Assembly (NCBI GenBank): GCA_963664395.2
Contig: OY761159.2
Location: 64,001 to 128,000 of the forward strand
Source of the DNA: Candidatus Binatia bacterium
GTDB lineage: Bacteria > Desulfobacterota > Binatia > Bin18
DNA length: 64,000 nt
Direction: 5' to 3'
Part shown: positions 42,432 to 51,940 of the stretch, in pieces
How positions within the stretch are numbered: the first letter of the stretch is position 1
Layout of the letters: the number at the start of each line of letters is the position of its first letter
Program-made: the position numbers and the translations under genes
The notes under the pieces: generated by a model
The model's input: only the letters and a program-made list of their open reading frames with translations
The model's database searches: none
What the model was told of the DNA's origin: nothing

Positions 42432-43568
42432 ATGAGTGACCAAGATGCACTCGAACGTATCCTGGCGGCGTTACATGACGCCATGCTCGACGATAGCCAG
42501 TGGCCGGCCACCTCAGCCCTGATCGATGAAGCCTGCGGGATGCAGGGCAATGCCCTGCTGGTCCGCAACGGCCCACAGGACAATGCCCGGGTCCTTTTCG
42601 TCGGGCTCTATTACCGGGGGGAGCGCCGCGAGGACTGGGAGCGCGAGTACCTCGGGGTCTACCACCCCATCGACGAACGCGTGCCGCGGCTGATGCAACT
42701 GCCCGACAGCCGCCTAGTGCGGATCGCCGACCTGTACACCGAACAGGAGTTGCAGACCTCGCTCGCCTACAACGAGGGATTGTCCCGGGGGAGTGCCCGG
42801 CAGGGCGTGAATGTGCGGCTGGACGGGCCGGACGGCTCCCACATCTCCTGGGTCACCGCCGACCCCGTCTCCCCGAACGGCTGGGCGTCCTCGCAGCTCG
42901 CGCTGCTCAAAGCGCTGCTGCCCCATATCCGGCAATTTGTCCGCATCCGGCAGGCGCTGGCCAAAGCCGAGGCGCTGGGCGCGTCCCTGACCGCCCTGCT
43001 CGGCACCTCTCGGATCGGGGTCATCTGCTTGGACCGGCGCGGGCGGGTCGTGGAGGCGAATGACCGTGCCCGTGCCATCCTGCGGCAGAGCGACGGGCTG
43101 ATGGACCGGGGCGGCGTGCTGGCCGCCCGCGTGCCGGCTGACCATGCCTGCCTGGAGCGGCTGGTCGCCGACGCGCTGCCGACCTCCAGTGCGCCCGCCG
43201 TCAGTGGGTCAATGCGGCTCCACCGCGCGTCCGTGCAGCCACCGTTCGTGGTGCACGTCAAACCTGTGGGTATCCGGCAGATGGACTTCGGGGCGCGGCG
43301 CGTAGCTGCCCTGGTGCTGCTTGTCGAGCCGGGGCAAGTGGCCCGCATCGATCCCGCCCTGGTGGCCGCGACCCTGGGGCTGACGCCGGTGGAGAGCGAG
43401 ATAGCGGCCTGGCTGGCGGAAGGCCGGACGGTCCGCGAGATTGCGGGGGCGAGGGGGCATACGACAGGCTCCGTCTATTGGTACCTGAATCAGATTTACC
43501 GCAAGCAGGGCATTGCCCGGCAGGCGGACTTGGTGCGGCTGGTGCTGTCGGTCGCCGTGCTCGCCTGA
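42432..43568 (+). CDS. LuxR-type HTH regulator with N-terminal sensor and PAS-like domains, copy 1
   Basis: C-terminal LTPVESEIAAWLAEGRTVREIA...IYRKQGIARQADLVRLV; PAS-like GVICLDRRGRVVEANDRA. Confidence 0.88.
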   Translation: MSDQDALERILAALHDAMLDDSQWPATSALIDEACGMQGNALLVRNGPQDNARVLFVGLYYRGERREDWEREYLGVYHPIDERVPRLMQLPDSRLVRIADLYTEQELQTSLAYNEGLSRGSARQGVNVRLDGPDGSHISWVTADPVSPNGWASSQLALLKALLPHIRQFVRIRQALAKAEALGASLTALLGTSRIGVICLDRRGRVVEANDRARAILRQSDGLMDRGGVLAARVPADHACLERLVADALPTSSAPAVSGSMRLHRASVQPPFVVHVKPVGIRQMDFGARRVAALVLLVEPGQVARIDPALVAATLGLTPVESEIAAWLAEGRTVREIAGARGHTTGSVYWYLNQIYRKQGIARQADLVRLVLSVAVLA

Positions 43569-43587
43569 CCTCCGGCTGGTGCGATTT

Positions 43588-43632
43588 TTCTATAATTTTA
43601 TAGGAGACGGGGCTGCGCCAGTGCCTTATAGA
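43588..43632 (+). promoter_or_regulatory. lux-box-like palindrome + promoter, copy 2
   Basis: TTCTATAATTTTATAGGA (43588-43605), GAGACG-17 bp-TATAGA. Confidence 0.7.
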
Positions 43633-43732
43633 ACCTTCTCTGGGCGTCGGTGACCGCAGATTCCACACCGACCGCCTTGCTACCGCCCGACAAGAGAGGA
43701 CGGAGAGGTGGCTGGAAGAGGAGGAAGGTCAC

Positions 43733-46700
43733 ATGTTCTTGACACACCTGTGGTGCATGGCAGCCGGACGACCCGCCCCTGTCCGTTCAGATTCTGTCGG
43801 TCCGGGTGCCCTGCGGCAGGCCGTTCGCCCAGGCGGACAGAATCTCGGCGCGGGTCCCGGCAGGTGGGCGCGCGCTCTTCTCTGCGCGAGTGTCCTGCTG
43901 CTCCTCGGCTGGCCCGTCCCCGGCAGCGCCCAGACGACCTGCACCTCGACTAGCACGGCCGTCAGCGGGTTCACCGGTACCTTGGATGCCTTGGTGACAG
44001 ACTGCACCACCTTGCTGGGGCTCAAGGACGAGCTGCGTGGCACGGCGACCCTGGACTGGGCAGAGACTCTCGCCATGTCCTCGTGGGACGGCATTACCGT
44101 CGCAGGAGCCCCACCGCGGGTGACCCGTCTGGTAGTCCCCAATAAGAGCCTCACCGGCGTCATCCCCGCAGCGTTGGGCGACCTCACGAACCTGGCAGAG
44201 TTAACGCTCAACGGGAATGAACTCACCGGCACCATCCCCGCGGAGTTGGGCAAGCTCACGGACCTGGCGACCTTAGGGCTCTACGAAAACCAACTCACCG
44301 GCACCATCCCCGACCGGTTGGGCGCCCTCACGAGCCTGACACAATTATACCTCCACGATAATGAACTCACCGGCGCCATCCCCGCGCAGTTGGGCGCCCT
44401 CATGAACCTGCAACACTTATGGCTCAAGGGGAATGCACTCACCGGCGCCATCCCCGCGGAGTTGGGCGCCCTCATGAACCTGGAACAATTAGACCTCACC
44501 GAAAACCAACTCAGCGGCACCATCCCCGCAGCGTTGGGCGGCCTCATGAACCTGCAACACTTACACCTCGGTTTCAACCAACTCAGCGGCACCATCCCCG
44601 CAGCGTTGGGCGGCCTCATGAACCTGCAATACTTATTGCTCCACGATAATCAACTCACCGGCACCATCCCCACGTGGTTGGGCGCCCTCACGAACCTGGA
44701 ACAATTATACCTCCGCGAGAATCAACTCAGTGGTTCCATCCCCGCAGCGTTGGGCGCCCTCATGAACCTGCAATACTTATGGCTCAACGATAATCAACTC
44801 ACCGGCACCATCCCCGCGCAGTTGGGCGACCTCACGAACCTGGAACAATTATACCTCCACAGGAATGACCTCAGCGGTGCCATCCCCGCGGAGTTGGGCG
44901 CCCTCACGCTCCTGAAAGTGTTATGGCTCAACGAGAATGACCTGACCGGCCCCATCCCTAATGAGTTACAAACTCTCGCCGCCATGGAAGACCTGGACTT
45001 TTCCTTCAATGACCTGAGCGGCCCCATCCCCACGTGGTGGGGCTCCCTTTCCAACCTGCAATACCTCTACCTGCGCTTCACCGGCCTCAGCGGCCCTATC
45101 CCCACCGGGTTGGGCACCCTCACGAACCTGGCAGAGTTACACCTCGCCGCAACGGACTGGACCGAGACGATTCCGCAGGCGTTACTGACTAAGCAGACGA
45201 ATGGCACCCTGAGTTTGTGGACCAATCGGCGGCCCACCCCCCCGGAGGCTGAAGCCCCGGAGGCCGTAGTGGGACATGCGTACCAGTACACGGTGCCCTT
45301 CAGTGACCGAGATCGCGACCCGCTCCTTTTCCGCGCCAGCCAAGCCGGCGCCGGCAGCGCCCTGCCGGGCTGGTTGGCCTTTGACGAGCCGACGGGCACC
45401 CTCAGTGGAACCCCGCCCCGAGTAGGAGAGCGGGTCGCGGTGCAAGTAACCGCCACCGATGAGGACATGTTGGCCGCTGGGGACCTCCCCTGCGACCCCG
45501 ACAGAGACGAGGCCGCTACTGAGATGAACCCTCCCCGGCTGTGCGCCACCGTCACCTTCGAGCTCACCGTTGTCGCGAATCAGCCGCCGGTCGCCCCGGA
45601 ATTGACAGCGATCCTTTTTGAGCCGGGGCCGCACGTGTATCCGGTGACCTTCGAGGACGAGGGGGAAGTGACCTTCCAGGTCGCGCCGGCCGCGGGGCAG
45701 GCGCTGCCTGAGTGGCTTGAGTGGAGACCGGAAAGCCCCGGCGGTTTTTTTCAGGAAACATTGTGGTTCTTTATAGACGACACGGCTGTCAACCCAGCGG
45801 GAGGCTCCTGTGTGGTGGTGACGGCCACCGACCAGGGCGGCCTCAGCGCGTCGGTCGTCTTCGCCGCTCTCCTTGCCGCCGACCAAGGCGAGAACCCCTG
45901 CTTGGGAGTAGTGCCACCACCGCCTGGTGGCGGTGACGGTGGTGACGGTGGTGACGGTGGTGGCGGTGGTGACCGGTGGTGGCGGTGGTGGCGGTGGTGG
46001 CGGTGGTGGCGGTGGTGGCGGTGGTGGCGGTGGTGGCGGTGGTGGCGGTGGTGGCGGCGGTGGCGGTGGTGGCGGTGGTGGCGGTGGTGGCGGTGGTGGC
46101 GGTGGTGGCGGTGGTGGTCTCAGCAGTGACGACCACGGTAACACGGCTGCCCAGGCGACCCCCGTCCCCCTGGACTCCACCCGCATGTCCTCCACGACCG
46201 GCCAGCTCAATCCGGCGACCGACGTAGATTACTTCACCGTGGCCGTGCCCTACGCCGGCGTCTTGGTCGTCGAGACGACCGGCTCGACCGCTACCGTAGG
46301 CACGATATGGCAAGACGGCGAGGAACTGGCGAGTGCGGAGAGTGGCGGGGCGGGGCAGAACTTCCGACTCAGCGTGCGGGTCCAGGCCGCGCCGGTGGTG
46401 ATTGCCGTGCAGGGCAATGGGCAGCAGACTGGGGCGTACACGCTCCAGACGACCCTCATCGTGGGGTATCTGGAGAATCCGGGGGCGGCGTCCTTTCAGA
46501 GCGGCATCGGCGTCCTCTCGGGCTGGGTGTGCGAGGCCGACGCCGTGGAGATTGCGTTGAACGGCGTGCGGCAGCGGGCCGCGTATGGGACGGAGCGGCT
46601 CGATACGGCAGACATCTGCGGCGACACGGACAACGGCTTTGGGCTGTTGTTCAACTGGAACCTGCTGGGCGAGGGGGAGCATGACGTGGTCGCGTTCGTG

Positions 46701-47318
46701 GATGGGGTGGAGTTGAGCCGGACGACGGTGACCGTCACCACGCTGGGCACGGAGTTTCTGCGGGATGTAGCGGGCGCATGTGCGGCCGAGGACTTCCCGA
46801 TGCTGGGCGAGACGGTGACGGTCGCGTGGCAACAGACACAGCAGAACTTTGTGCTTGCCCACGGCCCGGCCCCGACCGGGGAGAGTCGGGCCGGAGCGAT
46901 TGACGTGGGGTTTCTGGAGAATCCGGGGCCGAACTCGTTTCAGAGTGGCATCGGGGTGATTTCAGGCTGGGTGTGTACGGCCGACGAGGTCGAGGTCGCG
47001 ATTGGGGACACCGGGCGGCAGCTCGCTGCCTATGGGACGGAACGGGTAGACACGCTGGATGCGTGTGGCGATACGGACAACGGCTTTGGGTTGTTGTTCA
47101 ACTGGAACCTGTTGGGGGACGGCGAGCATGCGGTGGTCGCTTATGTGGACGGCGAAGAGTTAGGCCGGGCCACGGTGCGGGTGACGACGTTGGGCGTGGA
47201 GTTTCTACGGGGAGCCGAAGGGGAGTGTGTCGTTGAGGACTTCCCGGCTCTGGGGCGGACCGTTACGCTTGAATGGCAACAGAGTCTTCAGAACTTTGTG
47301 ATTACGGATGTGGAGTAG
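43733..47318 (+). CDS. secreted LRR + Ig (He_PIG-like) + poly-Gly + PPC-like + 2x 'LENP' domain protein, split by a +1 frameshift at ~45974
   Basis: ORFs 43733-46129 and 45927-47318 join into ~1194 aa if the extra C in GACCGGT (45973/45974) is removed. Extended signal peptide, ~15 24-aa LRRs, LPGWLAFD..TGTLSGTP, DDHGN..DVDYF. Confidence 0.8.
44119..45185 (+). repeat. 72-bp tandem LRR-coding repeats (~15 units)
   Basis: Consensus LxxLxLxxNxL(T/S)GxIPxxLGxLxN; DNA frame aactcaccggcaccatccccgc..gttgggcgccctca.gaacctg. Confidence 0.95.
45926..46118 (+). repeat. (GGCGGTGGT)n / (GACGGTGGT)n 9-mer microsatellite encoding poly-Gly
   Basis: Directly visible ~190-bp tract. Confidence 0.95.
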
Positions 47319-47322
47319 AAGA

Positions 47323-49173
47323 ATGGGAATTAAAATGTTGTTTACCATCTTGTTTGTTCTGGTCCTTTTCCTGGTTCCCCAGGCGGAAGCTCATGTCGGT
47401 AATCCTTGTTTGGCGTCTGAACATTTGGATGAATCCCATGAATTCTGTTTTATAACAGACGAAGAAGCGGTTGACGTGCCACCGATAACAGAAAAAGTAA
47501 AACCCGCCACCGACCACTTAGACAGTACACGACTTTATGATCAAGAAGGTGACGCGGACCATCGTCATAAAATTCGTGCTATTGGAGTTCCGGGCGAAAA
47601 CTATGACAAGACTCATTTAGAGGATGACGGTCTTGGTACTAGGATAGTTTCTATTCCGGTATTTGATAGGGACTTTAATTCTTCTACTGGGTCTCCAAGC
47701 CCCTGTTATGAAATCAATTCAGACAGACTCGGGACTTTCTATTCCTACACGCATCGAAGAAATCCTCATCCTTTTGCCGACGAGGGAATAACGTACCCGC
47801 CGCTTAATCCGCCACATAATGTGAGCGTCATAGCTGTAGGAGTAGAAATTAAGTGGGATGGTGGTGCAGGTCCAGGATTGGATTATGAGACCGCTTCTGT
47901 CGATGGTGATGGAAATCATTACTATGATTATACTATCACCGCGTGGGACGCAGTTGATGAGGGGCGATCCTGTGAGAACTCAGTAGACCCGGCATGGAAG
48001 TTATCGGAGACTTTTCGTTTATACGTCACTGACGTAGATGAAACGATAAATTATCCCCCGACATTTGATACTCAGATGGACCAAATGGCGGTGTTTGAGA
48101 ATGCCGATCCTGATGTAGAGATATGTTGTTCCATAGTTGATGTTTCTGACAGGGATACCGCGCCCGAGGACTTGGTATACTCGTTACGTGGTGACGACGC
48201 TGATTCTTTTAGAATCACTACCGGCGCTATGTATCCTTCTGGAAACGGTCAACCAAATGGATTTATCTTTGCGACACGAACGTTTGATTACGAGACGAAG
48301 AATAGGTATGAAGTGACGGCTCGTGTAGAAGACCCAGAAGGACTATTCCTTGAACGTAGTTTTACAATACATGTCGTAGACGTAGTGAACGAAGGGTGCG
48401 GTCCTCCTCATTTCCCTGGAAATGGAATTAGTCCATTTGATGTACGGGTTCATTTAAGTAATACAGATTCAAATGGAAACATACGCTCGTATGATGATGG
48501 TAATTGTACTGTGGAGCCCCCGCCAGTAGAAGAGGAAGTAGAAAATACTCCTCCTCCAACAACTGGTAGAACTTCTCCTCCTCTGGTGAGTAATCCTCCT
48601 TCTTCTAGTAATTCAGATGGAGGTGGTGGTGGTGGATCCGGGGGTAATTCAGGCGGTGGAGGCGGAGGGTCCAGTAGTAGTTCAGGAAATGGAAATTCTT
48701 CTTTAACAAATACGACCCCTAACTCTGACGAGGAAACTCAACTGGGACCGGAATCGCCCGTTTATTCTCTGGAGAATCCGGGACCGAATTCCTTTCAAAG
48801 TGGAGTGGGACTCATATCCGGTTGGGTATGTGACGCCGAGGTTGTCGAGATCGAGTTGAATGGTGCGCCGCAGGAGGCGGCGTATGGCACGCTTCGGTCC
48901 GACACGGAAGCTGTCTGTGGCGATATCGACAACGGCTTTGGTCTCTTATTCAACTGGAATCTGTTGGGGGATGGAGAGCATACTATTGTCGCGTTTTCTG
49001 ACGGAGAAGAGTTCGGACGGACTACCTTCACTGTCACTACCCTGGGTCAAGAATTTGTGAGTGACGTTCCCGAAAGGACCGTAACTATTGAAGACTGGCC
49101 AGGATCGGGTGAAACGGTCACGCTTGAATGGCAACAGAGTCTTCAGAACTTTGTGATTACGGATATGGAGTAG
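47323..49173 (+). CDS. secreted cadherin-like protein with Pro/Gly/Ser linker and C-terminal 'LENP' domain
   Basis: Signal peptide (..VPQAEA), LDYET, VTDVDE, FDYETKNRYEVTARVEDPEG, VVDV cadherin motifs; AT-richer than the flanks. Confidence 0.82.
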   Translation: MGIKMLFTILFVLVLFLVPQAEAHVGNPCLASEHLDESHEFCFITDEEAVDVPPITEKVKPATDHLDSTRLYDQEGDADHRHKIRAIGVPGENYDKTHLEDDGLGTRIVSIPVFDRDFNSSTGSPSPCYEINSDRLGTFYSYTHRRNPHPFADEGITYPPLNPPHNVSVIAVGVEIKWDGGAGPGLDYETASVDGDGNHYYDYTITAWDAVDEGRSCENSVDPAWKLSETFRLYVTDVDETINYPPTFDTQMDQMAVFENADPDVEICCSIVDVSDRDTAPEDLVYSLRGDDADSFRITTGAMYPSGNGQPNGFIFATRTFDYETKNRYEVTARVEDPEGLFLERSFTIHVVDVVNEGCGPPHFPGNGISPFDVRVHLSNTDSNGNIRSYDDGNCTVEPPPVEEEVENTPPPTTGRTSPPLVSNPPSSSNSDGGGGGGSGGNSGGGGGGSSSSSGNGNSSLTNTTPNSDEETQLGPESPVYSLENPGPNSFQSGVGLISGWVCDAEVVEIELNGAPQEAAYGTLRSDTEAVCGDIDNGFGLLFNWNLLGDGEHTIVAFSDGEEFGRTTFTVTTLGQEFVSDVPERTVTIEDWPGSGETVTLEWQQSLQNFVITDME

Positions 49174-49177
49174 AAGA

Positions 49178-49820
49178 ATGGGAATTAAAATGTTCTTCAT
49201 TGTTTTCTTAATGATCGTATCTTTTTTGACGCCCTAAGCAGAAGCTCATGTCGGCAACCCCTGTTTGGAGGCGGATTACGCCGATGAAAGTCATACTTGT
49301 TACATAACCGAAGAGGAGAGTTTAGCCGGGGTAACAGACACAGCAGAACTTTGTGCGTGCCCACGGCCCGGCCCCGACCGGGGAGAGTCGGGTCGGGGTG
49401 CCCGGCGTCGGCACGCTGGAGAATCCGGGGCCGAACTCGTTTCAGAGTGGCATTGGGGTGATCTCGGGCTGGGTGTGTGCGGCCGACGAGGTCAAGGTCG
49501 CGATTGGGGACACCGGGCGGCAGCTCGCTGCCTATGGGACGGAGCGGGTGGATACGCTGGATGCGCGTGGCGATACGGACAACGGCTTTGGGTTGTTGTT
49601 CAACTGGAACCTGTTGGGCGAGGGCGAGCATGAGGTAGTCGCCTTTGTGGACGGCGAAGAGTTAGGCCGGGCCACGGTGCAAGTGACGACGCTGGGCGTG
49701 GAGTTTCTACGGGGGGTTGAAGGGGAGTGTACGGTCAAGGACTTCCCGGCTCTGGGGCAGACGGTCACGTTGGAGTGGCAACAGAATAGTCAGAACTTTG
49801 TGATTACGGCCGTGGAGTAG
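49178..49820 (+). pseudogene. chimeric pseudogene: N-terminus of a cadherin-gene paralogue fused to a 'LENP' C-terminus
   Basis: MGIKMFFIVFLMIVSFLTP*AEAHVGNPCLEADYADESHTCYITEEE (stop at 49235) is joined at ~49333 to a copy of 46831-47318. The domain Cys is changed (DARGD). Confidence 0.8.
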
Positions 49821-50327
49821 GGGACCGACCCGCCCCCTTGATACCTATATCATTCCCGAAAGGGAGGAGCACGTTTATGGCCCGTGGATTATCTGTACCG
49901 GCAAGAGATCGTCACCTGGCAGACCGTCTTGTGCAAGCGCTCCTGCCCCTCATCGAGGAACGCTTGGCCCACAAATTTGCGGCCTTTGAGCAGAGAATCG
50001 ATGAGCAGGTGCAAGCAGGTGAGAAGCGCAGGGGTCCTCGGTTCGAGGTCTTTTCCGATCTGTACTACCCCCATAGTCAAAGCGGTACACTTTGCTCGGG
50101 CCTTTGGTACACTTTCGCCCCTCACTGGTACAAATAGAAAGAGGAATGTCGATGAGTAAGCCTGACCGCCTATCGATAATCAGGAGAACGACCTGTTTAG
50201 TAGAGAGAGGCCGACTCAGTGGCAATGGACTACTGGGTGGTCGCGTCCGACGCTACAATCTCCGTTCTTCTCGGTACAGGACTCTACCCGGTAAGCAACT
50301 CAGTAGACGACGGCCGCTTGCCTGGCT

Positions 50328-50408
50328 CAAATACGCCGCCCACTGATCCACGAGTGTACGCCAGCGCTCAAATAAGTCTGAGCGCGCATAGGCCGCTTCT
50401 ACCTTGTT
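50328..50408 (-). mobile_element. C-terminal remnant of a P4-type tyrosine integrase
   Basis: Manual translation NKVEAAYARSDLFERWRTLVDQWAAYL, the typical catalytic-Tyr tail of P4-like integrases. Confidence 0.7.
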
Positions 50409-50601
50409 TGTTTAATATAGAGGGGAACATCTCGGACCTGCTGAGACCTGCTATCCCAACAAGAGGGATAGACTATCCAGGAACTTCTCTTGTGAAGGGC
50501 TGAAGGCATATGGGGGCGCTTCGTCCGAGAATATCCCTTCTTTTCCTGTCCATACTCCATGACTGCACCCCACTGGAAAAACCGGACAAGGACGCACCGG
50601 C

Positions 50602-51738
50602 ATGAGTGACCAAGATGCACTCGAACGTATCCTGGCGGCGTTACATGACGCCATGCTCGACGATAGCCAGTGGCCGGCCACCTCAGCCCTGATCGATGAA
50701 GCCTGCGGGATGCAGGGCAATGCCCTGCTGGTCCGCAACGGCCCACAGGACAATGCCCGGGTCCTTTTCGTCGGGCTCTATTACCGGGGGGAGCGCCGCG
50801 AGGACTGGGAGCGCGAGTACCTTGAGGTCTACCACTCCCTGGACGAAAGCGTGCCGCGTTTCCGGCAACTGTCCGACAGCCGCGTGGTGCACGTCACCAA
50901 CCTGTACACCGCCGAGGAGTTAAGGACCTCGCCCGCCTATAACGAAGGGTTCGCTCGGGCCAGCATGCAGGATGGCGTGAAGGTGCGTCTGGACGGGCCG
51001 GACGGTTCCCATATCGCCTGGGCGACCGCCGACCCCGTCTCCCCGAACGGTTGGGAGTCCTCGCATCTCACGCTGCTCAAAGCGCTGCTGCCTCACATCC
51101 GGCAATTTGTCCGGGTCCGGCAGACGCTGGTCAAAGCCGAGGCGTTGGGCGCGTCCGTGACCGCCCTGCTCGACACCCCTCGGGTCGGCGTCATCCATCT
51201 GGACCGGGACGGGCGGGTCGTGGAGGCGAATGACCGGGCCCGCGTCCTCCTGCGGCACGGCGATGGGCTGTCGGACCGGGACGGGGTACTGTCCACCCGC
51301 GTGCCGGCCGACCGGGCCCGCCTGGAGCGGCTGGTGGCCGCCGCGCTGCCGACCTCCCGCGCCCCCGCCGTCAGTGGGTCGATGCTGCTCCACCGGACGT
51401 CCACGCTGCCGCCGTTCGTGGTGCACGTCAAACCCGTGCGTGTCCGGCAGCTGGACTTTGGGGCGCGGTACGTCGAGGCGCTAGTGCTGATTACCGAGTC
51501 AGGGTACGTGCCCCGCATCGATCCCGCTCTGGTGGCCAAGACCCTGGGGCTGACGCCAGTGGAGAGCCAGATGGCGGTCTGGTTGGCGGAAGGCCAGACC
51601 GTGCGCGAGATTGCCGGGGCGACGGGGCGCACGGCCGGCTCCGTCTATTGGCACCTGAATCATATCTACCGCAAGCAGGGCCTCTCCCGGCAGGCGGACT
51701 TGGTACGGCGGGTGCTGTCGGTGGCTACGTTCGTCTGA
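50602..51738 (+). CDS. LuxR-type HTH regulator, copy 2
   Basis: 378-aa paralogue of 42432-43568 with identical N-terminal ~74 aa and the same HTH pattern. Confidence 0.88.
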   Translation: MSDQDALERILAALHDAMLDDSQWPATSALIDEACGMQGNALLVRNGPQDNARVLFVGLYYRGERREDWEREYLEVYHSLDESVPRFRQLSDSRVVHVTNLYTAEELRTSPAYNEGFARASMQDGVKVRLDGPDGSHIAWATADPVSPNGWESSHLTLLKALLPHIRQFVRVRQTLVKAEALGASVTALLDTPRVGVIHLDRDGRVVEANDRARVLLRHGDGLSDRDGVLSTRVPADRARLERLVAAALPTSRAPAVSGSMLLHRTSTLPPFVVHVKPVRVRQLDFGARYVEALVLITESGYVPRIDPALVAKTLGLTPVESQMAVWLAEGQTVREIAGATGRTAGSVYWHLNHIYRKQGLSRQADLVRRVLSVATFV

Positions 51739-51757
51739 CCCCCGGGCGGGGGAATTT

Positions 51758-51802
51758 TTCTATAATTTTATAGGCGACAGGGGCCGCGGAATTGCGTATA
51801 GG
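51758..51802 (+). promoter_or_regulatory. lux-box-like palindrome + promoter, copy 3
   Basis: TTCTATAATTTTATAGGC (51758-51775), GCGACA-17 bp-TATAGG. Confidence 0.7.
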
Positions 51803-51940
51803 AACCTTTCCTCAGACGCCGGCGGGCGGAGAGGTGGTAGGAAGAGGAGAAGCCTCACATGTTCTTAACCAGCCTGTGGTGCACGGCCGCATTACAAGGT
51901 GGGACGGCCTTGGCCGTCGCCGGCGCGGAAGGCGGAGGGC

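Noticed and set aside
42432-43568. Canonical AHL quorum-sensing LuxI/LuxR pair
   Set aside because: No luxI is present; the regulators are longer (378 aa) with an extra PAS-like segment, so AHL sensing cannot be claimed.
44119-45185. CRISPR-like regular repeats with variable inserts
   Set aside because: The 72-bp period is in frame and encodes LRRs; there are no unique 30-40 bp spacers and no cas genes.
45182-46862. Minus-strand poly-Pro and poly-Thr/Ala ORFs, and the plus-strand poly-Val/Ala ORF
   Set aside because: These are alternative readings of the stop-free GGT/GGC microsatellite.
43733-49820. Diversity-generating retroelement acting on LRR or LENP repeats
   Set aside because: No reverse transcriptase in the window, and differences between repeat copies are not confined to adenines.
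49838-50346. Short ORFs between the LENP pseudogene and the integrase remnant
   Set aside because: No recognisable motifs and mutually overlapping; probably debris of mobile DNA.
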